Positions 52,686 to 64,000 of a stretch of 64,000 nucleotides of DNA are shown in pieces. The notes below the pieces were generated by a model. That model saw only the letters and a list, made by a program, of their open reading frames with translations. It searched no databases and was not told where the DNA came from. A program made the position numbers and the translations under genes. How positions within the stretch are numbered: position 1 is the first letter of the stretch; each line of letters starts with the position of its first letter. The DNA is from Tubiluchus corallicola (taxonomy: Eukaryota > Animalia > Priapulida). The DNA lies in contig JAQGDQ010000409.1 in assembly GCA_030141605.1 (NCBI GenBank), positions 124,616 to 188,615 on the forward strand, given 5' to 3'.

Positions 52686-55139
52686 AGCTAGTGTAGGGGC
52701 CCATACTTTGGAGTCCCATACTTTGCATTGCTGTTTTAAAAAAAGGAAGCCAGAAAGTCTGAAAATCTAATTTTAAAGTGGCTACTCGTTTGAGATAAAG
52801 GATCCCTGTTTGAGGCCCTTTATTTGAGGTAAGTGTCCCTCTTTGAAGCCCTTTCTTTGAAATACGGAGGCGCCAGATATGCAAATATTGCTAAAATAAT
52901 CAAAACTGAAAATATTCGAGACAAGTGCGAGCAAATTAGAGGGAGGCTCCATCTGAATGGGTCCCGTAATTTCATTAGCACAAGAGCCCCAAATGTCATA
53001 ATCCAGCCCTGAACCTTAGCAATATCGTGGTAAAATATTTGATTAAATTTGCTTACTCTGGTACATTTTGTACTAAAAATATTTATTGCAAAGGAAGTTT
53101 GATTCACTTATCCAGTTTTCAGTACATCATGAATTTTATAGCCGGCGTCATTGTAACGGGTGGTTCACAATTATTTTCTATAATCATTTAAAAATGTTCA
53201 CACATTATGAAGTCTTTTGTTTTTCAGTTTCTTGAAACTCAAAAAGGAAGAAAAAATGTCCCGGAGAACTCTCTATACAAAGTTAGATTACTTTATTGTT
53301 GCGCTTATCTGTTTAGAAGACTTTTATAACTGGAAAAAGAAAAAGATCAATCTTAATAATTTAAATTATTCACTCCACCTGGAAAACTGCATCGCAATCC
53401 CAGTGTGCACCACTGATTCACCAAAAAAAAACACATTACTGATCTTATTGACAATATAAAATAATTTGTACTTTTGGTTAGTTAGTGAAGAGTGTGCTAC
53501 GAATGGTCTGATTATTTTTTCTCAAACTTTGCGCAATGTTATCTAAACTTGTTTCAAAAACTTGCCGTTAAAATGGCTGCGCCTAACGGTCATCGAGGAG
53601 TTTAAATTTTCAAGTTTTATACAACGTTACTCTGCGTAATACAAGCTCTGTGTGCAATAAGGCAGTATGCGATACAAAACTTCAATGTTTTTAAGCTTTA
53701 TTTATGAAAAGAGTTTTGTTGAAGCGAATTTGTTGACACTTTCTTACGTTTTTTAACTACAGCAACCAGGATTTACAGTAAACAGATTAAGATTAACAAT
53801 AGCTTAGCTTAAAATGTGATTAATCTCTGATCTTCCAACAAGTAACTTTGGCGGAAAGCTAACAGCCAAGCAGGTGTGGAACTTACTTGGCTGTAGTACT
53901 TAGCGTTTTATACTGAATCCAGTGACAGGACCCATTAAATGTAAGCCAGTACAGACCAGGGGTAGATTATCAACTGCTGCATCATTGTATTGTACGGCTC
54001 TTAGGGAGTCAGTGGCAGATCTTCAATAAAACGCCGTTTCTCAAAATCGTTAAGGCATTGTAACTGCTCCGCACAATTCAGCTCCGCTCACTTTTTTCCA
54101 GAACATGATTTATAGATTATCTTTACCGATTTTCGTCTGGTGCAGTATTTTACGTAACTTGCTGTGGACGTTTACGTGGAACCCAAAGTTGGATTTGCCA
54201 CTTAGTTCAAAGGTATATAATCCTAATAATATGCAAAATAGCGTGAAAAGTAGAAACTATTGGACAACACCCCAGGTGTTGGCTGCGACAGGCGTTTGAT
54301 ACTGGGACCATTGAATAAAAGCCTCGATTTACATATTGTGCATATTTGTAGTTGCTAATTCTCACGCAGGTTTGCTGAGAGAGCTTTCTTTTCACATCAT
54401 GGGGCAGAAGGCGAATCAATAAAACACCCATTACAGACCCGGGCGTTTAAAAAATAATCATAAAACTTCACAACAATAGGGTAGTTTTGTACGTCACTGG
54501 GCACATATGATTTTAGATTATATCAATTTGACGCATTGTGAATTCTTGCATTGGAGACGTAACTAAATCACTCGCGCCCTCTATCAATGGTTGGATGAAA
54601 GGACCACTTGGCTTTAGGCCTGATGACACAAAGAAATGGGAAGGTAAAAGCGACTTTGTCACCGAATTTCTTCATTTCCGGCACTGAACTGATGGTGATA
54701 ACATTATCCTTTGTAAATGCTTGTAGTCAGTTAAATTTGTCACAAGCCGTCTGTGTAGCGTTGTCGAGCTTCAACGTAACAAACAAAATTAAAAAATGGA
54801 CATATCAGTACAAGAAACATTCAGTAGAAACTAGGGTAAACTCGCTTGCGGTGTTTTTAGAGTAATTAATTACCATCAACACGCATTCAACTTTTAGAAT
54901 TTTGTTTTTGTTATGGGTAATGTTCTACGTAATTATCATTTTTTAAAACTGTAGTTTGTTGAATTATATTGCCCGAAGTCCGTATCTATTGTATGATTGT
55001 ATCTTCTTTATTTTAGCCTTGATAATTCATCTATAACAACTTCCTAAACTGAACAAAGCATCTAAAGGGCACGCCGAGAAGATTCGCGCATCAGCTAATA
55101 AACCTGTACACAGTTCAGCATCTGCGTTAATGGCAATAA

Positions 55140-55442
55140 AAGGGGGTTAGCTGATTAGTTACGTAACGAGTGCTAACGTAGGTGATATATGCGAACACGG
55201 CGCGCAAGCCGTTCAAAAGCGACGCAATCATTCTCACTTTCGTTATCGCTGCTCAGCGAATCACGTGCGAGATCTCAGATGTAGCCACGCCCCCTCGTCT
55301 GCTGTATGATTGAGCATGCCTGGCGATGTCACAAGCAGTGGAGTGGTCATGTTGTGATGTTTTGCGTGTTACTTCGTAAGCAGTATGTGATTATTATAGA
55401 TACTAAACTAACTACCTCTTTAGCCAAAGCTGAGCAGTGAAG
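55140..55442 (+). promoter_or_regulatory. Candidate distal promoter and non-coding first exon of the giant-like gene
   Basis: GTTACGTAAC (55158-55167), CACGTG (55262-55267), GCCACGCCC Sp/KLF box (55284-55292), then an AAG|GTAGGT donor at 55443. Confidence 0.5.
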
Positions 55443-56008
55443 GTAGGTATTGACGATTTTGTGTTACTGAAAACTGTGTTGAATGCTAAGCCTAAACTTG
55501 AAATTTTGATTAATTTGTGAGTGTTGTTGCATTGATAGACTTGGCTATGATTGCCCATACAGAGCTAAAAATGTAAGAAGTTCAAAAGATAACTCTAGAT
55601 GCTCAGTACTTATATGTAACATAATGAGTTACAGTTTTCTAAATCGTTCTTACCTTTAGTAGGTCAGTAATCGGACACAGTGATGCGAGGTTATTTTTAC
55701 ACCAATTTATGCTCGAGCGAGACTAGAGTTTAGATATTTTTGGTTCGGTTTAATTGTTGATTAACTGATTTAGCAATTAAGTGATTAAAAGATTATAGTT
55801 CATATTGAAAAAACCTTCCCACACTATTACTTTCGTAGAAGTTCAAGCGCCAACTAAAATAAATTGTCTTGGACTTTCTGTTTCTCTCTTTAGTAAAATA
55901 TGCTAGCCAGCTAAAGGGTTCAAACTTGTTATAAAAACATTTCGGTAAGCGAATACTATAGCTTTGTATTCTTTCTTTCTCCCTTTATCCTCCTTCCCCC
56001 CTCTCTTT

Positions 56009-56053
<45 letters not shown>

Positions 56054-56078
56054 TTCTCTGTCTCTTCCTATATCTCTT

Positions 56079-56147
<69 letters not shown>

Positions 56148-58016
56148 TAGTCATTGCATATACTTAATAATTCCCTTAATATATAGGCAACAAAGTGCAG
56201 TATGTGTTTTTGGTAACATTGTGAACTAAGAAGTAATCGTGACTTAGCTAAACAACCACCAAGTTGTTTATTTATTTATTTATGTGTGTAATTGTGTGTA
56301 ATTATAATGATATGAACAAAATTGTTCGAAATAAAGTAAATCAATCAATCAGTCAATTGCCGCTCTTTTCTCTCTTCTCTCTTCCCTCTTCCACTGTCTT
56401 TTTCTCTCTCACGCATACTATACTATACCAATTCTATCTCAGTTGTCTACTAAGTAAATCTAGCCTATGAAGTACATTATCACTAATTCGTGCAAAAGTC
56501 GTAAAACTTTACGTAATAAACATCGCTTTTTCACTTCGCAGAAAAGTTCATAAATATTCAAGTAATACACACCGTTCAGTTATCAACTGCTACACTATTC
56601 ATGATTGCGTAATGACTATCTAAATGTTAAGCTTTTATGCTTCTCCAAGAGGCAAAACTTTACGAGTCAGGCACACGTGTATTGAATTAAAATGACTCAT
56701 CGAATGGTTGAATTTTGACAGTGATCAGTGCAATTCACCATTATATTTGTGAGACTTTAAGGCTTAATGGGTTTATTTTTGAATGTCCTTTTCCACGTCT
56801 TCGTATCTTACAGACACTGGTAGTATATATGCTATAGCTTTTGTTACCATATCTTCGTAGATAGTAAATTTTTTAAAACCTTCCTTTCACAGATTTACGT
56901 TCGCCCCAAGTCTTTATTGGCCTATTAAAACCGCAACTATCTTCTTTATAATTGAAAGAACTGAACTGTTTATACTTCTAAGAACCCGAGATTACCTGTT
57001 TTTACTTCGGTTTATTACATCATTTGAAAGTGGGCCTACAAGTGAAAAGCGCTTATGCAATATTAATGCAGTGAGCGTATCTGTTAACGTATATAAGAAA
57101 AACTTAATCGGTTATCAGATTATAACTCCAAAATTTTAATTGCCGAAATTGGGGTGGTATTTCTACTGTTGTGACAATAAATTTGTTGTTAAATACTGAA
57201 ACCTGATCTTGTTTTTTAATTTTCATGTTTGTCTGGTAACTCATTCATTTCTCTGCCAATACGTTTCTTCGTTTGCTCGTTCGTTCACCCGTTTAATAGT
57301 TTATTCATTCGACTCAGTCACTCATTCATTCATTCAATCACTCATTCATTCATTCATTCATTCTCTGATTTTGACAAAAACATCTAAAATTCGCAGTTGT
57401 GTAATACTGCGTAATCAGCCACTTGCCTATTTCTGCTGCTAAAGGTATTTTGTGAAACACATGCAAGTTTTATGACAGTTTTATTTCTATTCTTTATTCG
57501 AGCATGAACATTATCCTGGATTTTATCCATCGTACGATTACGAAATAAATACAAAAATAAAAAAGATCTTTTCGTAGTTTAAATTTCGTAATAGTTTGTC
57601 TTCATGTAACCATTGTGAGTGCATTTTGTGACACTGTTTAACCGTAAAAACGAAACGATAAAATATTAATTCTTGGAAATGAGTGATAATCTTGCATCCG
57701 CGTCCAAATTGAATAAGTTTTTTTTGAAACAAGACGCCAAACAAAAAATCAATTCAAAGACATTTTATGCAAAGTTGTGGTCATCTAATGACACTGTTGA
57801 TACTCGAGAAAACACGTTTCAACAGGCGAATTCACGGGTAAGGTGGGACAAAGCCCCAACCTGTGCGCGTGACATTAAATAATGCGCGGACAGTTTCATA
57901 AATACTTGACTGACAGGCAGTGTAAATATTTTGCACGAAACTAAAGCCAACCTTTATTTTATTAACTTATTGCATAGAATCCGGCAATGTGTTTAGATTG
58001 ATTTATGATTCAAAAG

Positions 58017-58350
58017 TCAGTTATTTAAGGGAGTGCCTGTGTCCTGTTGTGTAACAAAAAAAGGCCCGCGGCGTTGAATTTCGCTTTCCAACAAGTGACC
58101 CATCGTACTGTGGTAACCGGGTGGAACTTTCAGAGGTACTGAACCTGTCTAATTTGAAGCTCAATGTCTGGAATTTAAGTGTAACTCGGGGTAGGCAAGA
58201 AACGCAAGCCTCTGTCACTTTTCTCCCGAAAAACTCGGGGATTCGCGTCCAGAGTGGGCAAAACTTCCTGTTGTTGGGTCCCCTCGTGCTAGAACCTTCG
58301 CGCTGTTATCCAATATTATCCTAAAACTAGGCCGGCCTCGCTCAAGGACG
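58017..58350 (+). promoter_or_regulatory. Candidate proximal promoter and 5'UTR exon of the giant-like gene
   Basis: TCAGTT initiator-like motif at 58017, GC-richer body, strong G|GTAAGT donor at 58351; next strong acceptor is 59642. Confidence 0.5.
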
Positions 58351-59688
58351 GTAAGTATGTGTATTTGGTACAGCAGTCAGATGTTATGCGAATATACATC
58401 ATGTTACGTGTGTCCTATACTGACCGTGTTATACTGGCAATACATCGATTAAAGCTGTTGCATTGAGCGTTTGACCACTGCATACAGTGAGGATTCCGTA
58501 ATCTTATATTGAAGCCATGGTCTGTCGTTTGAGATGTTTTAAAAATCTCTCGGTTAACATCAGAACTGCATATCGGTGTTATATATCGTCATATTCATAC
58601 AGGACTACTTCATTGTTAAGCCCTTGACTTCGGAATTCATTAATTGAGTTATTTTCTCTATTGCGTAATGCGGCATTATTGTTAGTAAGTATGAATCATA
58701 GTCATGCGATTGCGTTACTGAAAAGCACGTTTTGATAGACTGTTATTTAACACCTGAAACTATATGAAGATTCAGCAACGTAGACTTTACATTCTTATTG
58801 TCAATTATGAATAGGAATCTTGTATTTCAGATCTGTTTTAATATTTTAAAAGCTTATGAATAAGAAAACGCACTAATTTTTGCTAGTACCATAATCAAGT
58901 ATTACGATTCTGTAAAATTCTGCAAGCTCAGCTCAGTCATTACCATACGTTTGTTTTACTGACACGAAATGAAAATTTGTTATCGTGAACTTTTTTAACC
59001 TTTGTATAATGTTGCTGTTTTCTGAAAAGTAGGAAATTTTGGGCTATGAAATGTTTAAAATATACCGTAGAAAAAAAAACTAATTTATGAAAGCTACTGG
59101 TCTTGTCAATGTTAATTAATTATTGAAGGTTTCGCTAGAAGGGAACTGAATGAGATCCTTTTATATTCAGAGTTGTATATATTTTATTATTATATTTGTA
59201 TATATTTCTATCTTTACTCATTATCTATATCCACTTCTCTATTATGTATTGCATTAGTTTACAAAATAAATGACATATATATAATTCCTCATCATTTATA
59301 AATATAATGACCTAATAATCATACTTAGTAAAGGTATGTTTTTTGATAGAGTGAGAACCATAATGAAAAAGTGCTTTAATGTAGCATTAATCATCCATTG
59401 TTTTTGTTTGTTAGTGCCAGATGGTGCCGAGGTTGGTGAATGTAAACAGGCAAAGCACAATTTTTAAGTATATATTGTTTACACAATCGTGTATATTGGT
59501 TATTACCGAGATAGAAGTTTTGTTTGAAAATTGCTTTTTGATGCTTGAAATGTGAACATTTGTAGCACTGACAGGTTTCTACCATGATGGAGCATTTCCA
59601 GATATAAATTTTAATCGTAATAAAATTGTATATTTCTTCTAGGTTGAAGTAATCAAAACAGGAAACCATCTCCTTTTCTGAATGGATT

Positions 59689-60726
59689 ATGGCACATGAG
59701 GCACATGGCTCCAAGGACAAACTGACAAGAGAAATGGGCAATAACTCCATTGATGACCTAGCACTGCAGCTGAGACAGTCAAACGAAGGCAAATCATCTG
59801 TTTACCCTACCAAGGCCGTGAAGGAGGACGACGACGGTCCTTTAGATTTCTCCGTTTCCAAGTCTCGTTCAGAGGAGCTGAGTTCGGTGGGTAGTAGTAG
59901 CCGTGACAGCTTTCCCGAGAGGAGCGTTTCCACCGAAAGCCCTCCAAATGAAGACCGGAGGTCTCCTGGCACGACCAATGGCAACGGCGTTGCTGGCAGT
60001 TCTAACGGTATCCTGAGTTCTGCTATGTTACCCAGGATTCCATTGTCCAGCCAGTATACAGCAGATGCTAAAAAGGTGATGAAGCAAACTCGTCCATTTA
60101 AAGCATATCCCAGAGACCCGTTATCGTTGCCTATTGGATATTATGGTATACCATTTGCTGGTCTGCCGGGCATGCCCGGAATGGGAATGGATGCTCTGAT
60201 TCCCCCGGGACAGCCGGGATCTCTGGCCAATAATGAACTGTACAGTCATTATATCAAACGTATTCAACAAGCTCAGGAGAATTTGATGAAAAGCCAAATT
60301 CAGCAACAGCAACACCAACAGCATTTTGTGATGGCGCCGCAAAAGCGTGAGGACGACGTCAAGCAAGAACCGAATGTGTCGACAGGGTCACCCGTGACAT
60401 CCGTTCCAATGCCCCAAACGCTCACTTCTTCCAAATGCTCATCACCATCAGAGACCTCCAGCACATCACCTACCTCAATAAGTGCGTCCAATTCCAGGAA
60501 GCGAGCTCGTGTTTTTCCAGACGAACAGAAGGACGAGTCGTACTGGGAACGACGGCGCAAGAACAATGAAGCGGCGAAACGTTCCCGGGATGCAAGACGC
60601 GCCAAGGAGGACGAAATTGCTATCCGAGCCGCTTTCCTAGAACAAGAAAATCTTAAATTACGGGTTGAACTAGCCGCTTTAAAAAATGAAACCTCAAAAT
60701 TAAGATGTATGCTGTATAACAGTTAA
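59689..60726 (+). CDS. gt: PAR-bZIP transcription factor, giant-like, 345 aa, single coding exon
   Basis: C-terminal b[44 protein letters not shown]; giant-type [11 protein letters not shown] motif; PLDFS CtBP-binding-like motif; acceptor AG at 59641-59642 and upstream in-frame TAA at 59650 fix the start. Confidence 0.88.
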   Translation: MAHEAHGSKDKLTREMGNNSIDDLALQLRQSNEGKSSVYPTKAVKEDDDGPLDFSVSKSRSEELSSVGSSSRDSFPERSVSTESPPNEDRRSPGTTNGNGVAGSSNGILSSAMLPRIPLSSQYTADAKKVMKQTRPFKAYPRDPLSLPIGYYGIPFAGLPGMPGMGMDALIPPGQPGSLANNELYSHYIKRIQQAQENLMKSQIQQQQHQQHFVMAPQKREDDVKQEPNVSTGSPVTSVPMPQTLTSSKCSSPSETSSTSPTSISASNSRKRARVFPDEQKDESYWERRRKNNEAAKRSRDARRAKEDEIAIRAAFLEQENLKLRVELAALKNETSKLRCMLYNS

Positions 60727-61689
60727 CTGTGATCCTCAAAGTAAAAAGTGTTAAAAAACTCTGACTGCCATCTGTGGTCAGTTAGACAAACTGCTTGATG
60801 TGGTGAAATTATTGTGTGAAGAATTAAACGATCTTGCAAGTATTTTTGCAAATGCAACACACTGCAAGCTTTGAAAGACTGTGAATTAGTAAACAATTGT
60901 CGAGGAAAGGGGCTCCGATACCGGGACAAACGCCCGCAGGGTAGGATGGGGTACAGATGTGAGTTCAGGTTTCAGTTTTCAGCGGTGGGAATAAGTCCAT
61001 TTCAACGTGTTTACCGTCCTGACTTCAATCACATATCATGCTTAAGTCCAAGGTTCGCTTAGAGCAATGTTGACAGATGTATTGCGTATGCCAGCGGTGC
61101 TTACAACATGGGATGTTAATTCCTCACGTGGCGGATCCAGACATGGGGAAGTACTGCAGTGTCAGCAGAACAGGGTTGACTTGTATTCACCCCTTTAATT
61201 GTCTGTTTTTTATTTGTTTGTTTTTGTTTGTTGTTATTGTTTGTGAGTGCCGACATTCTTCAAATTGGCTCACAATTCTGTTATGATATCAATTGCAATG
61301 TGTGTGTAAAGGTAGTGTACACATAGTTATAGCCTACAGTACTTCGATTTTCATGTACCTCCAGTACCGGTCATCGTTCAGTGTTCACATATCATATATA
61401 TACATCTTTTATCAAACGTCTTATGTAAAGCCTAGGTTGTTGATAATGTGAGTTAATTTACATTACGTATGACTTACTATTTGAAAAGATGGCGTGTCGT
61501 CAACGAACTTATTAGTAAAACCTACTAATGCAATAAGCAGCAATAATATCGAAGCTGTTTTTAAAAATTTTCGTAAAATGTGGGTTTCCGTTTGGGTTTA
61601 GTACTTGAAACTAGTGCTTCAAACTTAATAGCTCCAACTGCTCAACAACTTCAACTTCAACACTCATAGAAACCCCATATTTTTCCACG

Positions 61690-61945
61690 AAATAATTGTG
61701 AATTAAAACTCTATTTGGTGCACCAATCACCATGGCAGGCAGATTATTCCATTCATTCACAAATTTCACAGTAAATGAATATTTACGAATGTCAAGACGT
61801 GACCGCTCTTTAAGCATTTTTAAATTATGTCTTCTAGTTTTAGAATCAACAACTAAATTAAAGTATTTTTCAGGCAAAATGTTTTCTTCTCTAATTAGTA
61901 TTTTATAAATCCTCAATAAGATCTCCATTGTGTCTCTTTTCATAA
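61690..61945 (-). mobile_element. CR1-type LINE ORF2 C-terminal remnant
   Basis: TRRHNLKMLKERSRLDIRKYSFTVKFVNEWNNLPA matches the CR1 'TRGH.LKL...R...RK.FF..RV...WN.LP' motif. Confidence 0.75.
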
Positions 61946-63493
61946 AAAAATACTTTTAATTTAAAAGGTTTTTATGATTAAGCCTTATTCACGTTTTATG
62001 ATGGACACTTTTTTGTTTAACGTTGCTTATTGCTTTACTAGCCGTATCTTTAGCAGTTTATTTCTTCACACGAACGTTTTCCCAGCGTGAAGTCACAAGT
62101 TTCTCATTTAGCAGTTTAATTTCACTTTTGTGACATGCGTATAAGAAGCAGTACAAGCTTTGAACCAATCAAAATGGCATCACAAAGTGTTAAATGTATT
62201 AATGCTCTACCTCATTACACTCCTCCGTGGTTGTATAAACTATTAAGCTCCTCTTACCTGCCTTGACCCTATTCCTACTGTGATAGTACATATCGCGCCA
62301 ATTTGGCCTAAAACTGAGGCAATAATCGTGTATTTGTAACCATGTTTAGTGTTGCCGGTTCGTATAAAGCAATATTATTGGTGATTTTTGCTTACGGGTG
62401 TCTCAGTAATGGTAGGCAGTTATGACTTGGCCTGTAAGCCTTTAAAATGAAATTTAGAGACTATTTATGACGTTGTGATGTTTGGACAATACTGATACGC
62501 TGTGCGTTTTTCAGATAGAATTTCATTATGAGTTTCTTTTTGTCTCTGTTTTGATTTGTGTAACCCAAAGCTTTTAAGTCAGCACAAAATTTAGGCACAG
62601 ATGTATTGCACAAACTCTATACTTTCAGATTATAACATAAACCATTCATATTTTGTGATAGCTTTTGACTGTCTCTGCTGTAAAACAACGACCTGTTTAC
62701 TAAATGGATGGGTGACAATAACGAAAATTACTTCGAGGTGCCGTACTGTCACCGGCTAATTCGTTCATCAAGAGAGGATGCATTTTTGCCTCCAGTCACT
62801 TTTGTGGTCAAAACGCTTCTGGCTCTCCTGAGTAGGTTATCATTGTTACTTAGCTAAGTCCCAGTGCTCCCACAACCTTTAAACGAAGTAGGAACAGTGA
62901 TTGTGTGGCTGCTACCGTCTTGTAAACTGCCTACCTGTATAAAATGTTCAATATTTGCATTGAAAGCAGCTGCAGTTTTTTTGCGTGAATAAAAATCCGT
63001 TTTTCCAATATTTTCTTCATTATCTCATTATTGACTTTAATGGGTTTATTAACAGCGAACTTGATTTCAATGATTGTGCAACTATGATGCAGGTGGCGCG
63101 AAGGTCGCACAGTGTTTCAGTATTGTTAAAACATTCATCAAATACGGCAGGGATTTTTGCGTACGCGTTTGTGTTGATAATTTTAACGAGTTTATGACTG
63201 TAGTCACGTGACTCGATGATGTCATTCTGTTTACACAATGCTTAGTTTAGTTTGTTAATTGTGATCGAGTTAATGAGTGTATCGTTTGTATTACAGTTGG
63301 TACAATGGTAGAAAATTGTTTATAGCAATATTCGAGCTAGTTTAACTGTACTTACTGACTTTGTGAGCTTTATGACATGCCTAACGGTGAACGAATAATA
63401 AGGTTTTTCACATAGGTATAAAATTAATGTACAAATTCGTATACAATCTACACATTGTATGCAAGGAATAAGGACTCCTGAGTATTCGAGGTT

Positions 63494-64000
63494 TCATAAC
63501 TCAAGTTTTTTGGACTCACACTTTCTGGACCCAAACTTTCTGTACTCAAGCTTTCTGAACTCAAGCTTTTTGGGCTCAAGCTTTCTGAACTCAAGCTTCC
63601 TAGACTCAAGCTTTCTGAACCCATGCTTTTTGAACTCAAGCTTTCTGAACCCATGCTTTCTGAATTCAAGCTTTCTGAACACAAGCTTTCTGGGCTCAAG
63701 CTTTCTGAACTCGAGCTTTCTGAACTCGAGCTTTCTGGGCTCAAGCGTTCTGGACTCAAGCTTCCTGAACCCATGCTTTTTGAACTCAAGCTTTCTGGAC
63801 TCAAGCTTTCTGAACTCAAGCTTTCTGGACTCAAGCTTTTTGAACTCAAGCTTTCTGAACCCATGCTTTCTGAACTCAAGCTTTCTGGAATCAAGCTTTC
63901 TGAACTCAAGCTTTTTGGGCCCAAGCTTTCTGAATTCAAGCTTTCTGAACACAAGCTTTCTGGACTCAAGCTTTCTGAACTCAAGCTTTCTGAACCCATG
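63494..64000. repeat. 15-bp minisatellite (CTCAAGCTTTCTGRA)n, runs off the window end
   Basis: About 33 units, most containing AAGCTT. Confidence 0.93.

Noticed and set aside
52158-52884. ORFs with YTILY/STVQY repeats
   Set aside because: Artefacts of the pentanucleotide satellite
54620-54645. CTGATGA...GAAA (CTGATGA also at about 26288 and 34893) as further hammerheads
   Set aside because: No stem II pairing or stem I/III complementarity
59391-60929. Antisense ORFs overlapping the giant-like CDS
   Set aside because: Shadow frames of a GC-richer coding exon with no recognisable motifs

Overview
AT-rich, intron-containing animal genomic DNA, most likely a protostome invertebrate; it is not prokaryotic and has no CRISPR, rRNA or tRNA genes. 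Three protein-coding genes lie on the + strand: the last eight exons of nucleoporin Nup133 (1-10481), mitochondrial ribosomal protein S12 (MRPS12/tko, main exon 34440-34807) and a PAR-bZIP repressor resembling the gap gene giant (single coding exon, 59689-60726). The rest is non-coding: three TTAA-flanked Kolobok-like MITE families, hAT-like MITEs, LINE remnants, 5S-like SINE remnants, a Penelope-like element with inverted repeats, and many micro- and minisatellites. Main points of interest: (i) MRPS12 upstream of giant on the same strand recalls the Drosophila tko-gt linkage; (ii) two minimal hammerhead ribozyme motifs at about 29.3 and 30.4 kb; (iii) PAR-bZIP (D-box) sites clustered at the giant promoters; (iv) a triplicated Nup133 splice donor; (v) CTCF-like motifs flanking the MRPS12-giant region. 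All calls were made by eye. Coordinates of degenerate repeats are approximate.
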